Assembly (NCBI GenBank): GCA_965153285.1 | Contig: OZ229110.1 | Direction: 5' to 3' (one strand) | Length of the DNA stretch: 64,000 nucleotides | From: Podarcis tiliguerta | Taxonomy: Eukaryota | Shown: positions 25,668-40,240 of the stretch, piece by piece | Layout: every line of letters starts with the position of its first letter | How positions within the stretch are numbered: position 1 is the first letter of the stretch | Made by a program: the position numbers and the translations under genes | The notes under the pieces: model-generated | Database searches by the model: none | What the model was told of the DNA's origin: nothing | Seen by the model: the letters and a program-made list of their open reading frames with translations, nothing else

Positions 25668-28322
25668 AGAAAAGGGAATGCAGAAATGGACTGTCCAGCC
25701 CTAACTCTTCATGAAATTTGTACGTGAATCACCATCATGGACTGTGGCGCCGCTGCATGAAGCTTGCCCTCTGCAGCTTCCCTCCTTTTTATAGATCTCA
25801 GGCCAATTTGGCTGGTGTGCCTTATTTTTTAATTATTCATTAGTGTTTCTTTTTCAAGCCTGCTGGAAACTCATCATCTTCTGCTGGCCATCTTATCTCC
25901 ATAAAAACAAATCTTAACTGTAAAGACGTGAGTCAGCACCAGGCAAATTCTCAGGACTCTCCTTCTCCTTCACATCTTGTACTGGATGCCCTTGGATCCC
26001 CAGTCATTATTTGAAATTCACAAACACTCATGTCATAGCAGGACCTCCAGTCTTGGGAAGGATGCTGAGGGGCCTTCCTTCTCCCTCCTAAAAGTCTTGC
26101 TGTTTGTAGGTCACTCCCCACCATCTTCTCTGAACCCCTAAAATGATGGGCTTCCTTTTCACTTTTAAAGATCTAGATCATCTTCTTTTCTTGAAGCATG
26201 GATCAATTTTAATGAGAACTATAAGCTCTACACATATGACACCAGAAAACCACTTGTTTCTGGTGGTATTGAACCTGTTAATGGAATTTTGAGGGATAAA
26301 TGCAATGTTTAAAGTTAGCACTGGCCAAAAAGTAGGGCAAGAATGCTTTGGCATATAATTTTATGGTGGAATTGGGTGGTGGATCCTTTCATTTTAATTA
26401 GTTTGTATGGTCAATAGCAGGAATCCTGAAGACAGGATTTTCTGAAGCTACACACACTGTATATGTGTACCGTTTCTGTTTGGGTGATAGCGCTGGTAAA
26501 GTAAGAGGTGGGTGGGATTATGCAAAAAGGGTGCTGGCTGGCTTAGAACCTGCTGGGGGAAAAGAGGTCCTTGGGCTGGTCTCTGGCCAGCTTTGCTGTG
26601 GTTTGTGCAAAATGTTACTTTGGCTCTATGCTGGCAGGAATGCCTTGGTGGCTATAAAGTGCCAGGTACTGGCCCACTGAACTGTATTTGATTATAGGGT
26701 AAAACCAACATCCTTGATTTAAAGTGCCAGGACCCTGTCAAATGAGCCAACACTGGCTGGGATAGAATATGTTAAGGCACAAGATGACCGGATTAAAGTT
26801 TTAGTAAAATTAAGCTGTCTTTTGTGTGCCAGTATTCTATATGAAGGAGGTTACATAACAACTAATTCACAGTAGCTTTCACTCAGGGGTACATCCTTCC
26901 TGCAGTCAAATGGCAGATTACTGGAATGTCCTATCAGAATGTTGGCTAAAGGGGAAGTTACTACAGAGGCTGTGATGGCAGACAAACATTGGTTATGGCT
27001 GTCATCTGGTACCTGTTTAGGCCAATGGGGAAGCTGGAGGCTGTAGGATCTAGTACTAGTCCCACTACATGCTATGTCCACCAATCTGACAGGCTTTTTT
27101 CACTGCCTAACTGAAAGCCATTGATTGAGAAGGTTTCTCTTATTGGAGTAGTTGTGCTGTTAACTGCACTACCTTTCACATAAACCAGCAGCAGCTCTCG
27201 ATAGCTGTCATTATCAAAGTGAGTCATGCAAATACTATGGGTGGTATTCAACTAATTTTTACTCAAGAGTAGACCTATTAAAATACTTGGCCTAATTTAG
27301 CCATGTTCATTTACTTTAAGAGACAAGCTGCTGTTGGAATGGCAGCTGAGTTCAGTATTTGGGAGGAAAGTAACTACCCCAGCATCATCTCTCTGACGTT
27401 CATGCTGTAATTGTTAAAATTTGTACCCGGCATAGATATGAGACCAGACTCTGCTCAGCCACAACGGGATGCCAAGATGGACTCGAGGGGCAATAAGAGG
27501 GAATAAGTTTCTCCTGTACATACTGTATATAGAATGCTTTTGTTTTTACTCAGTATAGTGGATAGGCTATTATCTTGTAAAATTGCTGCTTTTAACAACT
27601 CATTAACTTTGACAGCATTATGTATGCTTCCTTGGAAATCACAACTGTGCAACTGAAAAGCTGAAGTCACCTTAAGAAAGTGAATTAAGCAGCTGGCATC
27701 TTGTTTTAGTAAAATAGCTACCTTTGCTTGGTGCAGTGTGATGCACCACTCACCAGTTTCTCCAACATCTGACACTCTTCCTATTTTCAGAGGTGATCAT
27801 CTGTATATAAAAATTGAGGAAACAGCTCCCCTAATTTCCAAGTAAGGATGGGTGTTATTGTAGAACTATCCCTGTGGAACACACACACAGTCAAGCATAG
27901 AAGTAGAGCTGTTATCTCTTAACAACTGTCTGGGAGAGGGGAGGAGCCAAAAGCATCAACAAATGCACATAGCTCAGCAAGTTAAGCAGGTAATTAAAAC
28001 TTGCTAATTTGCCAGTCTGCTGCTTCTACTAATGTTGTTCGCCAAAGACCTGCCTCTGCTCTCCACAAAGAGGCACAATCATCCCTATTTCGTTTGTCAA
28101 ATGAGAAGCCTGGATGCAGGATTGAAAACCTTAGCCATGAACACAAGGAGAAAAGTGGGAAGACAAGTCATTTTGTGAAGATGGCCACAGCCTTTGGCCC
28201 ATTTGCTGGCAAAATACACCTGGTTAAAGTTTAAATTGTAATGAACATGGCAAGTAATAACTATACTCTCGGATTATCTCTTAGGAACTAAATGAGCTCT
28301 TAGGCGCTTCTCTAACTTCTGA

Positions 28323-28328
28323 AATAAA
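28323..28328 (+). terminator. Candidate PKP3 polyadenylation signal (AATAAA with downstream T/GT-rich tract)
   Basis: First canonical AATAAA noticed after the stop, followed by tttctgtttgtttt; an ATTAAA at 26792 is an alternative proximal site. Confidence 0.4.
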
Positions 28329-31300
28329 CATATTTCAATATTATATATTTCTGTTTGTTTTATGAGAACCTGAAGCACTGAAAGATAGGCATGTTAAATG
28401 CTACATCAAAGAACATGTGGGTGAAAGGACTAGGTCTTCTTCAGTGCTTCTGCTAGAGAGAAATATACCACAACTGGCAAGACAGCTTACTGACCCATCA
28501 GGTGATCAGCCTCAGTGGTGCAGTATAGAAGGAATTCCATCCAGTACAGCGTTTCTCACCCCTGTATGACATACATGTTGCACCTGCAAAAATTCTGTTT
28601 TCTGTACAATTATTAAGAACCTGGTCTTCCTCTGAATCTGACAATCTTTTGCACACTTTTGAGCATGCTCAGTGCATGCTCTCTAATTCTGAGCAGACTC
28701 ACTGATGTTGCTAAATAAATAAAGGCTTTGACCATTTATTGCTGTTACTTTTTCTTGTTATGCTATATTCTACATGTGTCAGTGGCATGTATACTTTGAG
28801 TTTACCACTCGGGCTTACCATTCTGTCTCCAGAGAACGCTGGGAACTGTGATTCCATGAACTGGAGAAAGGCTCTAGAACAGAATCCTCAACACCATCAC
28901 CAAAATACAATTCCCAGGATTCTTTGAGGGAAGGCACAACTGTAATGAATATCTATCATGGAGAGAATTTGTAACACAGTGAAAAACTGAAAATGCCCAG
29001 AGGATTACCTGTATCCACATAGAAAATGGCAGCTGGCATGCTCAAAGAACTACGAAAGACTTTTGATACAGGACTTTTTTGCATTCAGAAACCATGTTGA
29101 CTATTCCTCAAAAAGCCTTGTCTTCAGTAGCTGTAACAATTCTCTATTTAACATCCTTTTCATGATTTTACTGGAAGATATCTTTTAAAAGGGCTTCCCT
29201 ACACACACATGGACTGGCTATCCTTTAGTTAGCCCAGTTATAGTGATAGATTGCATATTTTTATTATTTAATGCTTCTTGGGTGCATTTCAACTGTATAT
29301 GAGGGATTTTTAATTTTAGCCCTCATACCTTACGCCGCATGAACTAAAAAAGTAGTTTAGTTCAATGCAAAGGATTATACTTTTCTACAATTTCTCTCTC
29401 CCCCTCTTTAACAATCTTACCACTCCATAGTTGTCTACAGATACAACTGCCTCATTGGCTGGTTTCCTGCTTCTTATGTATTTAAGTTTTAGATTTTTAA
29501 AATGTTCTTAGTAAAACGCTCTTCAAATTCTTTTGACACTTGCTTTGTTGTCAACTTATAACTATAAAAACACTATGAAATAGTGCCGCCTCTTTGCCAG
29601 CTTTCACATTGGTAACTAATGCTTTTAACAGCATTAAGTTATCTAATGCATTATTATTATTAGGCAACGTACACCAAAATCCCCAGCCCTCAAAAATACC
29701 ATTTTATTTTATTTTTTGCATGCAAACAAAATATCATGCTTCTGGCACTAAATTGGGACTAGCACAAATATAGCAAAATGAAAAAACCTTTAAAAAACTA
29801 ACCTCAGAAAAGCCCTTAAAAATGAAAGCAGTATTTCAGAAGTATGCTGATTAGAGTGCAACTGAAGAGGTTTCCTCTCCTGCTAGCTAATGATTTTGAA
29901 AGGAATAAGGCTGCGTCCTGTCTCCTAGTTACTATCCCCATTATTAAAGATGACTAGTGCATATGCCTTTCTTCCGTGACGAAACACATTCATAAATATA
30001 TCTAATGCCTTCAGTAGATATGCTTATGAGCCTTCAACCTATGTGGGGCAGTCCTGCTCATCTGTGTAAACAGTGCAAACATAAAGTGTTATCAGCAGCC
30101 TTACAGTGCATTGTATTTCTTTTCTCAGGACACAACTACCACTTTCACTGTGACCTAAAGAGCTGAACTGGAAGCAAGAGGAGGCCCCATGCAGACATTC
30201 ACTAAACTAGACCTCTTTGTGGCTGGAGGAAAGCAAGGGGCAAAAGTCATTAGCATATTCAGAGGAATTGTATCCAGATAAAGTGATATTTCCAGTTTGG
30301 CCTCAAGATTAAGCACCAATGGACTAGACAGTGCTAGTGTTCATGGTTGGGAAGAAATTTTAGTGCGTATAAAGACCATGAGAATGTCAATTCCATTTTC
30401 ATTGTTTTTAGCTGCTGGACCAAGTTAGTAGTGCCCATTTAGTCCTGACACAACTCAACCCTGATATGCAGAAGCTCCAGTTTTCCCCCCAAGTCAAGGC
30501 TTAACCCTTTAGATGCCAGTTAACCTGAAGACATCGGCTTTCTAGAGGCTGAAGGTGACAGCCCAGTGACTACTTATGCCACAAAACAGCTAGTTTAAAA
30601 TATTTATTTATTTAGCCACTTTCTGGTGTGCATACAATGTTTTTAAAGCAAGAACACCTGCCCAGTGAACTGTTTAGGCAGCAAACAACATTAGTAGCTA
30701 AACACAGCCTAAGAAACACTTTTTGAGGTGCCATTATTGCAATTAGGCCTTTTGGTGGGCGACTTACTCAGAGCCTTGCCAGAAGAAAACAAAGAAGCAG
30801 AGGACAAAGGACCATGTGCCAACCTTTTCTAAGACTTGCTGTGACAATTTTGTTAGCTGGAACGTAAGTAAAACTTGACCTTTTCATTCTGAACTTTCAG
30901 TGTCATTACTTTTCAAATCCTCCCTCCCCCAAAAGCTATGCTTTTCTTGAAGTTCAGGCAGATGTTCCATCAACATTATAGCCCTTTTCTTTCCATCCTA
31001 GGCATTGATCTGCACTTAGTGGCAACAATGTATTGCTAAGGCTGTACTCACAAACTACCGTAACTAACTTAAGGCAAATTTTCCAAGTAAATGTGACTAG
31101 GATCGGCTGTAAAGCTCTTAGAAAGTGCTACTTACCCAAGGGCTGCAGCTGTCAATGTGATTTTCATTCTGAAACTAAATTGCTAATCTAATCTGTTTTG
31201 TCCAAGACATTGCCTCCATTACACTGCTTTTGACTGATACGTTTCCAGCCACAACAGGGTCTCAGCAGTGCCAGACCAAATTGCTGTTATTTTCCTTTGT

Positions 31301-31949
31301 TCTATTACCTTAATGTTGGCCAGTCATCAGTGCCCATTTCTGAAATAGAAAGGGCTATCCAGAAATGTTAGCAAAAACAAAGGAGTCTGACAGACGTTGT
31401 TGGGGTCTCAGCATAGTGACCTAGTGCAAGATCTTCACCCAAGAACATACAATAGGGTCATTCGTTCCTAACAACTTCCCTTGATCCTGAGTAGTTATAC
31501 AAACTAAAGATAATCAAAGTATAAGGCACTAACAAAGTCTTGCACATTTCAGGATTAACAGAACTCTCCCCCCCCCCCACAACAATTACAGTGCTGAAGT
31601 GATATAAAACCAGAGTTGGAAGGGATACTGTAGACAAGGAGTGGCTAACATTTTGGGCCCAAAGGCTGCATTTACTCTTGACTAACCTTAACTCCTGCAT
31701 GTGTGCACATGCGTGCGCGCACACACACACCTGCATGCACAGGTATGCAGCTGGCCGCGTTCAAACACTGTCAATTTTGATTTTGTTTCTTCTTGCTGCT
31801 GCCACCAAAGTGCTGAGGTGTTGGGGGATGAGATAAAGTTAGGTGGGGGCCCACATGAACTCAGGTTAGATACCCATATTGTGGACTGTATCAATTCAGG
31901 TCCAGCCTCTTCATATAGACTTCCAGAGCAGGAAACCACCTCCCTTTAG

Positions 31950-32380
31950 GTAACTGGGTCCACTGCCACAGTTCCACTTCTGGTGACTTGGAAACCATGG
32001 TTCTATTAATGCTGCAAAAAAATCTTATTAGTCTGTTTTTGCAGCCATCTAACACCACTGACTCATACATAGTCAGCTTGTGATCAAACACAATGCTAAA
32101 ATCCTTCTCACATATACTATTGCCATGCCAACGTAGGTATTCCCACCACCCAAACCTGTGCATTTGAATTTTGCATTGGTCTCTGTTGAACTTCATGTGT
32201 TAATCAGCCTAGTTTCCAACCCACTGAGATCATGTTGATTTTTATTCCTGTCTTCTGAGATGTTAGTGATCCCTCCCATTTCCATGTCCTCCATAGATGT
32301 GCTAAGGATCCCCCTCCACCCCTTCTGCTAAGTAATTGATTAATATTATGAAGAGTGTGGGGCCCAGGACAGAGCCCTAC
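31950..32380 (-). mobile_element. Old degraded CR1-like LINE fragment just downstream of the SIGIRR stop
   Basis: Minus-strand ORFs MKFNRDQCKIQM..EKDFSIVFDHKLTM resemble CR1 RT; boundaries approximate. Confidence 0.55.
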
Positions 32381-32485
32381 AGCATTCAATTTGGTTGTTA
32401 TGGATCAAAGAAACTACCCAAGCCGATTGTCATTGTCAAGGCACATCGTGATAATCAGCTTCACCAAGGAAAATTCCAGCATCTC

Positions 32486-32679
32486 TTAGATATCATCCTC
32501 TGTCACCAGGCAGTAGAAATCTGTCCTTGCTCCATAGTTCCGAGATCCCAAATCAGAGATGTCAATCTCACTCCTTTGGTTTTCCCCAAGCTGTATTTCT
32601 TCCAAAGCACCAAGTGGAGGACCATCAGGGCCACTCATGGGAGGAGGCGGTGCGCCTTTGAAAATGGACCCCCTGCCAC
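32486..32679 (-). CDS. SIGIRR: SIGIRR last coding exon (C-terminal tail ...[27 protein letters not shown])
   Basis: Hand translation of the minus strand matches the SIGIRR tail motif [20 protein letters not shown]; tacag| acceptor, TAA at 32488-32486. Confidence 0.95.
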
Positions 32680-32793
32680 CTGTAGGATGGGAAGGAGAAG
32701 GTAGCAGTTAGCAGAGAGGAATGGATGGCAAGGCAGAATGAGACAAGTTGAAGTGCTTTAAAATGACCAGTGCCACTATACTTTCTGCAAGTA

Positions 32794-33019
32794 CAGTGGT
32801 ACCTCGGGTTACAGACACTTCAGGTTACAGACTCCGCTAACCCAGAAATATTACCTCGGGTTAAGAACTTTGCTTCAGGATGAGAACAGAAATCGTGCTC
32901 TGGCGGCGTGGCAGCAGCAGGAGGCCCCATTAGCTAAAGTGGTGCTTCAGGTTAAGAACAGTTTCAGGTTAAGAACAGACCTCCAAAACGAATTAAGTAC
33001 TTAACCCGAGGTACCACTG
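32794..33019 (-). mobile_element. Tc1/mariner-pogo MITE copy in the last SIGIRR intron
   Basis: Same TIRs and TA TSD. Confidence 0.9.
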
Positions 33020-34709
33020 TATTCACAAGGAGGACATATATACAGTTCAAGCTCATTTAAACACCAGTTTAAGTATCATTGCTTCCCAGCAACATTTCTG
33101 CGAGTAGCACTTCAGTGAGATTGCTATCCTTCCTCAAAGAACTAGTTGCTAAGGCTAGCCGGAGAGAAGGAAGAACTATTAAACCAATTTAAGTATCAAG
33201 TTGCGTGAGATGCAGGAGATCTATAACTGGGAGACAGTACAGATTGGGGTAATGGCACAGGGAAAAGAGTTCAAAATTTTTTTCCTCAGGCCTGAGGCTC
33301 AGGGTCACTGCTCTAATCAAAGCTGGAGCCTCTGGCTACTTTTAACTAAAAGCAGAAATGTCAGGAGATCTAATTATAGACCTCCTGCATCTCATGCAGC
33401 TTGGGAGTCAGTTGGCAGTTTTAAACTTAATTTAAATGTTCTATTTTAGAGCATGCCTTGACATGTCAGACAAGAGTAAGGGGCTTGAATATTTCAACAC
33501 CTAGGGAATCTGGAGGAGGCTTCAGTCCCGCCTTTCGCCAATCCCCAGGGTCTGAGAGGAGCTGCTCTTCCCCTTAGCACTAACAGGCAGCATTTCAAAG
33601 ACCTCAGGAGGGGAGCTGGGAAGAGAAACCGGTAACACCTTTGTAAGCCTCATGAAATACATTTAATGTGCATCACTTTCTCTCAAGCAGGAGAGAGGGT
33701 GTGTGTGTGTGTAAAAATATTGTGCTCCTAGTGAGAATGAAATGTCTTCCAAGCATCTATTCCCTTTGCAAGCGAGAGAATGAGGAGCCTCAAGCATCCT
33801 GGCATGCTGTTGTATGGAGCAACTAGACTAATGAGGAAAGCTTCCAACAAGGTGCACAGCCGCGCCACACAAGAAACAAGGCCTATTAATGACAGTGAAC
33901 GCAACACCCTCAGCAAAATAAGCCCAACGCTGCTGTCTCAACTAAAAGAAAAGCCCAGCCAAACCCATTATTTTCTCTGTTCTTCTCTTGACAATAAAAT
34001 CACCGTGTACAAGCGAGCTGGGCTTGCTCTTGCCAGTCGCTCGTAAATCTTTTATGACCACTGAACTTATTTTGCTCCTGTTACTAAAATTAAAATGTAT
34101 TGCTTTGCAAGTGCTCAGCCTGTGTTAACAAATCCCTAGGGCCAGAGCTTGTTCTTCACAACCTCTGGAACCGATGCCTCAGGTGCGCTTCCTACTCATT
34201 GATCCATTGTACAGCCATAGTCCCACAGGCCTAGGAAAAAGGATGTCAGGACTAAACCACCAAGCTCTCTGTAGTCTCAAGCTCCGAGAATGGAAAACTG
34301 CCCTTTGGTGGATATAAAACCCATTTCTTTTATGAAGTCTTGGGTATGTTTGCACATAAATGATAGATGGAGGTGGTAAATTACGTAAATTTCCACTCCT
34401 TGGTATTGCTACTCTAAGGAAGCATGTAGTGATAATGACACCATTATTTCCTTTCTTCCTCTACAAACACACAAATGGATTCATAGCCAAAATAACATGT
34501 TCTCTATGAAAACATGTTGCCCTGCTCCCTAACCAACGTTAGCAGTGAATGGGAAAAACAGATGAATTAATTCTTCTGCTACAAAATGTGCCACAGTATG
34601 TATGTGTGGACTGCTGCATGACAGGGAAGATAATTTCATTTGGATTGAGGCAATGGTTGTTTGACTGATGAAGGATCAGCTAATTAGGTGTAACTCTGGA
34701 ATGGCCATT

Positions 34710-34711
34710 GA

Positions 34712-34741
<30 letters not shown>
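34710..34741 (+). repeat. (GAAA)8 microsatellite
   Basis: Direct observation. Confidence 0.95.
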
Positions 34742-34743
<2 letters not shown>

Positions 34744-35560
34744 GGAAGACCTGTTATGCCATTTGGAAGCCACAGACACAGCATACAATGGTGACCAAGC
34801 CTGGTGATCAACCAAGGTAGACACATTCTGCCAAGTCAGATGGTATATAAAGGCCTTAAATAAATACTACTGCTTGTGATCTGACTACACTACACAGAAT
34901 TAAAGTGGAGAAAATAAATTTTAAGGAATCTGAAAGTGGGTGCAGAGGCTTCACTTCCATTGGTCTCCACTGTCACCTTTGGCTGAACAGGTTTTGATAA
35001 TTCTGAAATAAAGAAGAAACCTATTTCCTAGAGGTGAAACTAAGATGAGAATACACAGCACAATTTGATCACATATTCCAAAGCATCTTTAATTCGGGGG
35101 GCGGGGTGGTTACCATCTGACTAGCCTTAGCTTTTGTAATCAAAAGTGAGGCCTGATCCTACACATATCCACTCTAAAGGATTGAGTTCAATGGAACTTA
35201 CGTTAAAGTAAGTGTACATAGGGTTTTGGCATTCCATACTAAAATAGCTGTAATAATACAGGCAGGAAGCACACAGTTAGCTCATGGCAGTGTGTAGAAA
35301 GGCACCTGGCTGACTGATTAATAAAGCTGCTGGGCTATACTTTTGCTAATTTTAGCAAGTGCAGTGTTCTTCTATCAAGTGATTTTTTAATGGGGTTTTT
35401 TCTTTCAAACTTAATTGTGAGCCTCACTTGAGAATCTTTCTGGCTAACTGTGGACTAACACTCAAAAAAACAAAAAACCACAGAGCAGGATCAAGAGCAA
35501 CTGTGTGTTCTCCTGTTGGCATGCTATGGTGACAGAGTGAAGATTAAACAGTGCTGTTAC

Positions 35561-35735
35561 CAGAGTCTCCTTCAGGGTGCGAATCCCCCCGGAAATCCAA
35601 GTAATTGCTGTTGAGGATCAGCATAGGGTCCTTGTCTTCCTGGAAACTGGTCTGGGGGTCTCCCCTGAGGCCTTGATAGGACACTTTTCGTGGCAGGGCG
35701 AGGCACAGTTCCTTCCAAAAATCAGATGAAGGCGC
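35561..35735 (-). CDS. SIGIRR: SIGIRR exon (TIR box 3 and start of tail: [18 protein letters not shown]...EDKDPMLIL)
   Basis: Hand translation; ctag| acceptor, TG|gtaaca donor; 175 nt, phase 0 to 1. Confidence 0.95.
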
Positions 35736-36348
35736 CTAGAAGCAGTAAAGAGGCAGTATATTGTCACACGCTCATCAGTTACACACAAACGATATATCTG
35801 TAGGCAAGTCCCAGCAGCCCTGCCTTGAGGGTAGCGTTCTCACAGGCGCTCCTCGTCTATGAAGCACAGGCACCCTGTCTGGCTCCCAAAGGATTGAACA
35901 GAGAGAGATAAATGTTCGCTACAACGGAGGGATCTACAGCCCCACCAACAGTTTTCCCATTCAGCTTTGTTTCATCTTCGAGATGAAACGCACTGCAAAA
36001 TCTAAGAGGTATTAAGTGGCATTACTTCTGATGGAAGGCTTTCGTGACCAGATAAAGCAACAGATTTCGCCTTTCCATTAACCTAGGATTTCAGTGCAAT
36101 TTTAAATTGAGTGAATTCTTTTTCCCCCTTCTTTTAAAGTAAGGCTTTTGGCTTTGTCCTCATGGATAAAAGGCAAGAGAACATGTGGCTGGTATCCAGC
36201 AAAAACTCAGAAACAGACTGCAATGCTTCAATGCCTCGCACAGATAGCTTTCCCAAGCTTGCTATTTCCTAACTTCATCTCACCTTAGTGGCCCAGTCTG
36301 TACATCACAGTAAACCATAGCTGCAAGCTACAGCTGCATGCAGTAAGC

Positions 36349-36484
36349 CAGGTTTCCTCAAACTTGGCTCTCCAGGTGTTTTGAGACTACAATTCCCATC
36401 ATCCCTGACCACTGGTCCTGCTAGCTAGGGATCATGGGAGTTGTATGCCAAAAACATCTGGAGGGCTGAGTTTGAGGAAGCCTG
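36349..36484. mobile_element. 136-bp hAT-type MITE (same family as 4531) with 8-bp TSD CAGTAAGC
   Basis: CAGG...CCTG termini, exact TSD at 36341-36348 and 36485-36492. Confidence 0.9.
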
Positions 36485-36849
36485 CAGTAAGCCATAGCCC
36501 TAGAGGAGAAAGTGCCCTATAGAGGTTACAAGAATTTGAGACTGATACTGGGAGCTGCCTGCACCCTTGAGGTAAAGGGGCATAGCTGACAGGAACCTCC
36601 AGCAATGCTTTACAGCCTTTTCAGGCACAAGAAACCACAATATTTCCACGTAATCCATTCTGCGTCCTTGTTGCTACTTCAGCCTAACTGATCTGATAGT
36701 GTGCCTCTCTGGGGAACAGCAAGGTGGGTAGATATACAAATTAAATAGAGAATTATTTATATTGACCATTGGCCATATCAAGTCAAAATGTACAGCTACA
36801 TAGGACCAACACTGTAAATAAAACAGAAAGAATTCAAAAATGAAAACAT

Positions 36850-37480
36850 CATTAAACCAAAAACATTGGCAGGAAATTAACAGCCACCACAAACATTCAG
36901 CCTGGAGTCCTATTGCAGAAGCATCCACAAACTTTTAACAGCATTCGGCCACAGCTAAAGAAAAGTTGGTCACTGTGTTGATAATACCCTTTTTTGAACT
37001 TGCCAGTAAAAAATAAATTATTTGAAAGCCTGATCAATGGCAACATTCCCCCAGAAACTGATGAAAAAATTACAAGCTTTCTCAGAAATTGAGCATCCAG
37101 TAAGTAATGGGTTATATCTTTCACAGAATGTTCTCCACATAAGCAGATTTGGGAAGCAAAAGAAATATTTTTGCATCTCCCATGACAGGAAGTTGCATAC
37201 ACTGCATTGTGAGCACAGGGAAAGTCTTATGCTGGTGAAATTTGATAGATCCATCAGATACAATTCAATATGTTTATATTTAAACTTAACTGCCATGGTG
37301 TGATTTTAGAGTTGAAAACAAAATGTAGGTATTTCTGAATAAAGAGGTCACAAACACTATTCTTTAAATCAAGTTTTGCAACCGTAGAATTCCTGCTGGA
37401 AAAATATTCAACGGGGAAAAAAATTTGGTTACCAAGCATCAGAGTTGAATAAACTATCCCCTGACTATTAATTACAACAA
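36850..37480 (-). mobile_element. Degraded non-LTR retrotransposon fragment
   Basis: ICLCGEHSVKDITHYLLD resembles a LINE C-terminal CCHC knuckle; frameshifted; boundaries approximate. Confidence 0.45.
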
Positions 37481-40240
37481 CGTTTGGTTATATTGATTCA
37501 AAAGAATTGAGTTAATTCCAATAGTTAAAGAGTTAATTCCAATAGTTAAAGCAGGCTAGCATTCACTTTTACTTTTAGAGCTAAAATGGCCCATTTTTTA
37601 TTGGAGAAATGCTGTTAGCATATTTGATGGTGTTCTGAACCCAATCAAGTCGGATGAGAAGCAGACACACACACCCTGAACACCAAGATCTCAAATGCAA
37701 AGAGCAACTGCATAGTTGATTTGAACCCATTTTGGAATTGGCAATGGCATGCCAATATTTCGCGGTACTATTCAGCTGTCATTCAGCTTTTAGTTTTATG
37801 GAATTTCAGGGGAGCTGCGAACCACCAGAGATGGAATATGCAGAGCTCTTTCGCCGTGTGTGCCTGTTTCCAGCAGGGCAGCAGGTATGTACAGCCAAAC
37901 AGAGCACTATCAAACACCCTGCTCATCAGCTGGTGAGTGGAGAGCAGAGAGTATAATCTTGCCAGCTGAATGGGTTTGCTTTGCCAGAATGAATACTGGC
38001 TTATGGGCCAGAGGTTGCCCACTCCTACTGTATAACCTCCTTGCAAACCAATCAGGATGAACAATCTGCAATCCACCCTAAATATAGGAATATAGTTAGA
38101 CACAATCCACTTATGAGATAATTTAGCTTAGTTTTTAAGGGTAATGTTACTACCAAATTAACACATAGCAAGCAATGCTGGTGTTCGAGGTTCTCCAAGA
38201 ATGTATTTCTACTGATGTAATCAAAGGCAGTTTTAAAATCAACAAAAACTGCAAAGAGCTTATTTTTTCTGTTAACACAGGAATTAAATGAGCAAGCACA
38301 GAATGGTTGTCAAGCATTAACCAGCCAGCTTTAAAGTCAGCTTGTTATTCAGCAATTACATTGTGCAACATCGGCCATTCTTCAGATTCAAAACAGGAGG
38401 TATTTTACATGTAATTTTTAATGCTATCTATAAGACTGATTGGTATATAATTTGTGTGTCGCCTTTCTTGAAAACTGGGATCGCTGTGCTCAGATTCCAC
38501 CCTGATGGAATACAGCCAATTGGGGTTTTTTGAACCAAATCATTTAGCAATGACAGGACCACTCCACTGGATGTTACTTTAAAACCTCTCTTCATATTAA
38601 TTCCTCTCCTAATGCCTTAATTTGGAAAGAGTCAGATTTTTAATCTGACTAAGAAACAAGAAGCCAAAGATCGCACCTACAGAGCTCAAGACTGGCAGCC
38701 TGTTGCTCATGTACAGCAACAGTCTTATTAAAAATGTTAATTTGCTGTTCCCATTTTGTCTTAGAGATAGGAGTAAACAAAAAAATAGCGGACATATGGT
38801 GGTTTTGATCCACTCACTGCCAGAAGGAAGCAGTATCCTTACACCTAATGGCATTTTCCAGGCACTGTTAAAGCTGCTTTGAAATATTTTGGCTGTCGTA
38901 ACTTATTATTAGCTGGGGAGGGGAGTAGGTAGTTCCTTGAATGCTGTGTCTAAAAGGCCTGTTATCAAAGCTGCTTAGGATTCTTTACATTGTAAGTAAA
39001 ATCAAAAAGCCCCTTTCTTATGTCTTGAGGCATAGGTTGTGTGCACAGCAGAGTGTTAATTGCACAAGTGAGTTGCACAGCTCTGATTTTTCCATGTGGA
39101 TTTTTGTGCACATCTGTCCACAGGACCACCTTCAAATGAACTCTATTGCAGTGCTTCCTGTCCCCCAAGAGTGGGAGGTGCTTGATGGAGTCTCTTTGCA
39201 CTGTGTGCTGTTGTCCCCTCCCCTCCATTCCTTGCACTCCCTAAGTTCTGGAAACCTAAGGTCTATTGCAAGCATGCTTGCAGTTATTTGTTTACCTGTG
39301 TGTGCATCCTACTTATGTATTTAAATATTTATATGAGCTACACGTTTTGCATTATACCAGCTTACAAAAAACGATGGGTCCAGTTCTTTAAAAATACACA
39401 CATGTGTCATGTCAGTAGTTTTTCTAATTGTTGTAACCTGCCCTGGGACCGTGAGGTGAAGGGTGGGTGAAAAGCATAATAAAATAACTAAATATCCTGA
39501 TGTGCAACTGCAAGGAGTATTGTGAGTCACAAGCATGCTATTGTTCATTTAGCACAGATAAAGAAACAGCAATAACTGTAAACCAGAAGTTTCTATCCTG
39601 CTAGAATGCTCCCCTGCAAATGCTCATTTTAGGGAAGGGTTTGTGCTTTTTTCCTTCTCCAGTCTGTAGCTTCCCCCTCTCTTTTCATTTCTCTTTGCAC
39701 TGAGAGTACTCTGGGTGAAGCAAAGTATATGTTTCCAATTCTTATTTCTCAGGTTCTGGTGCCTCCCTGTGGCTCTGTTTGCTTCTTTACAGTTGGAGTT
39801 AAAATATAACTTATCTATATTTTCTGCAATGCTTACAACACTGCTCATGGCCTCCACGCATGAGTCATGGAGCAGTGAAGCCATGTACATCTAAAAAGGT
39901 ATCATTTGGCAAATCTCTGGAGCTGATGATTTCCTAGTCAACAGGTAAATAGCTAAAATAAAAAGTAAATAACAGGAGATGTCAAAATAATGGACAGACA
40001 AAAATATATTCAGCCTACTTTCATGAAGGTGCTACTCTTTAGTGCCAAGAAAAGCAGGTAACAGTTATTACTCTGGTATACATCACAGCAAGGTCAAGTA
40101 ATGGAGGACTGGATCTCAACCCTTCTTGGAAGAGAAGCTACTCCACACTTCTATGCTTCTTGAATAGCTTCAAGTACTGCCTTGCCACTGAGAAACATAA
40201 CCACAGTGATGAAGTTATGGCCTTGCAGCCCACAACTTAC

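Noticed and set aside
37510-37552. 21-bp perfect tandem duplication (similar 20-bp duplication near 47445)
   Set aside because: Ordinary slippage duplication in intronic sequence with no functional signal
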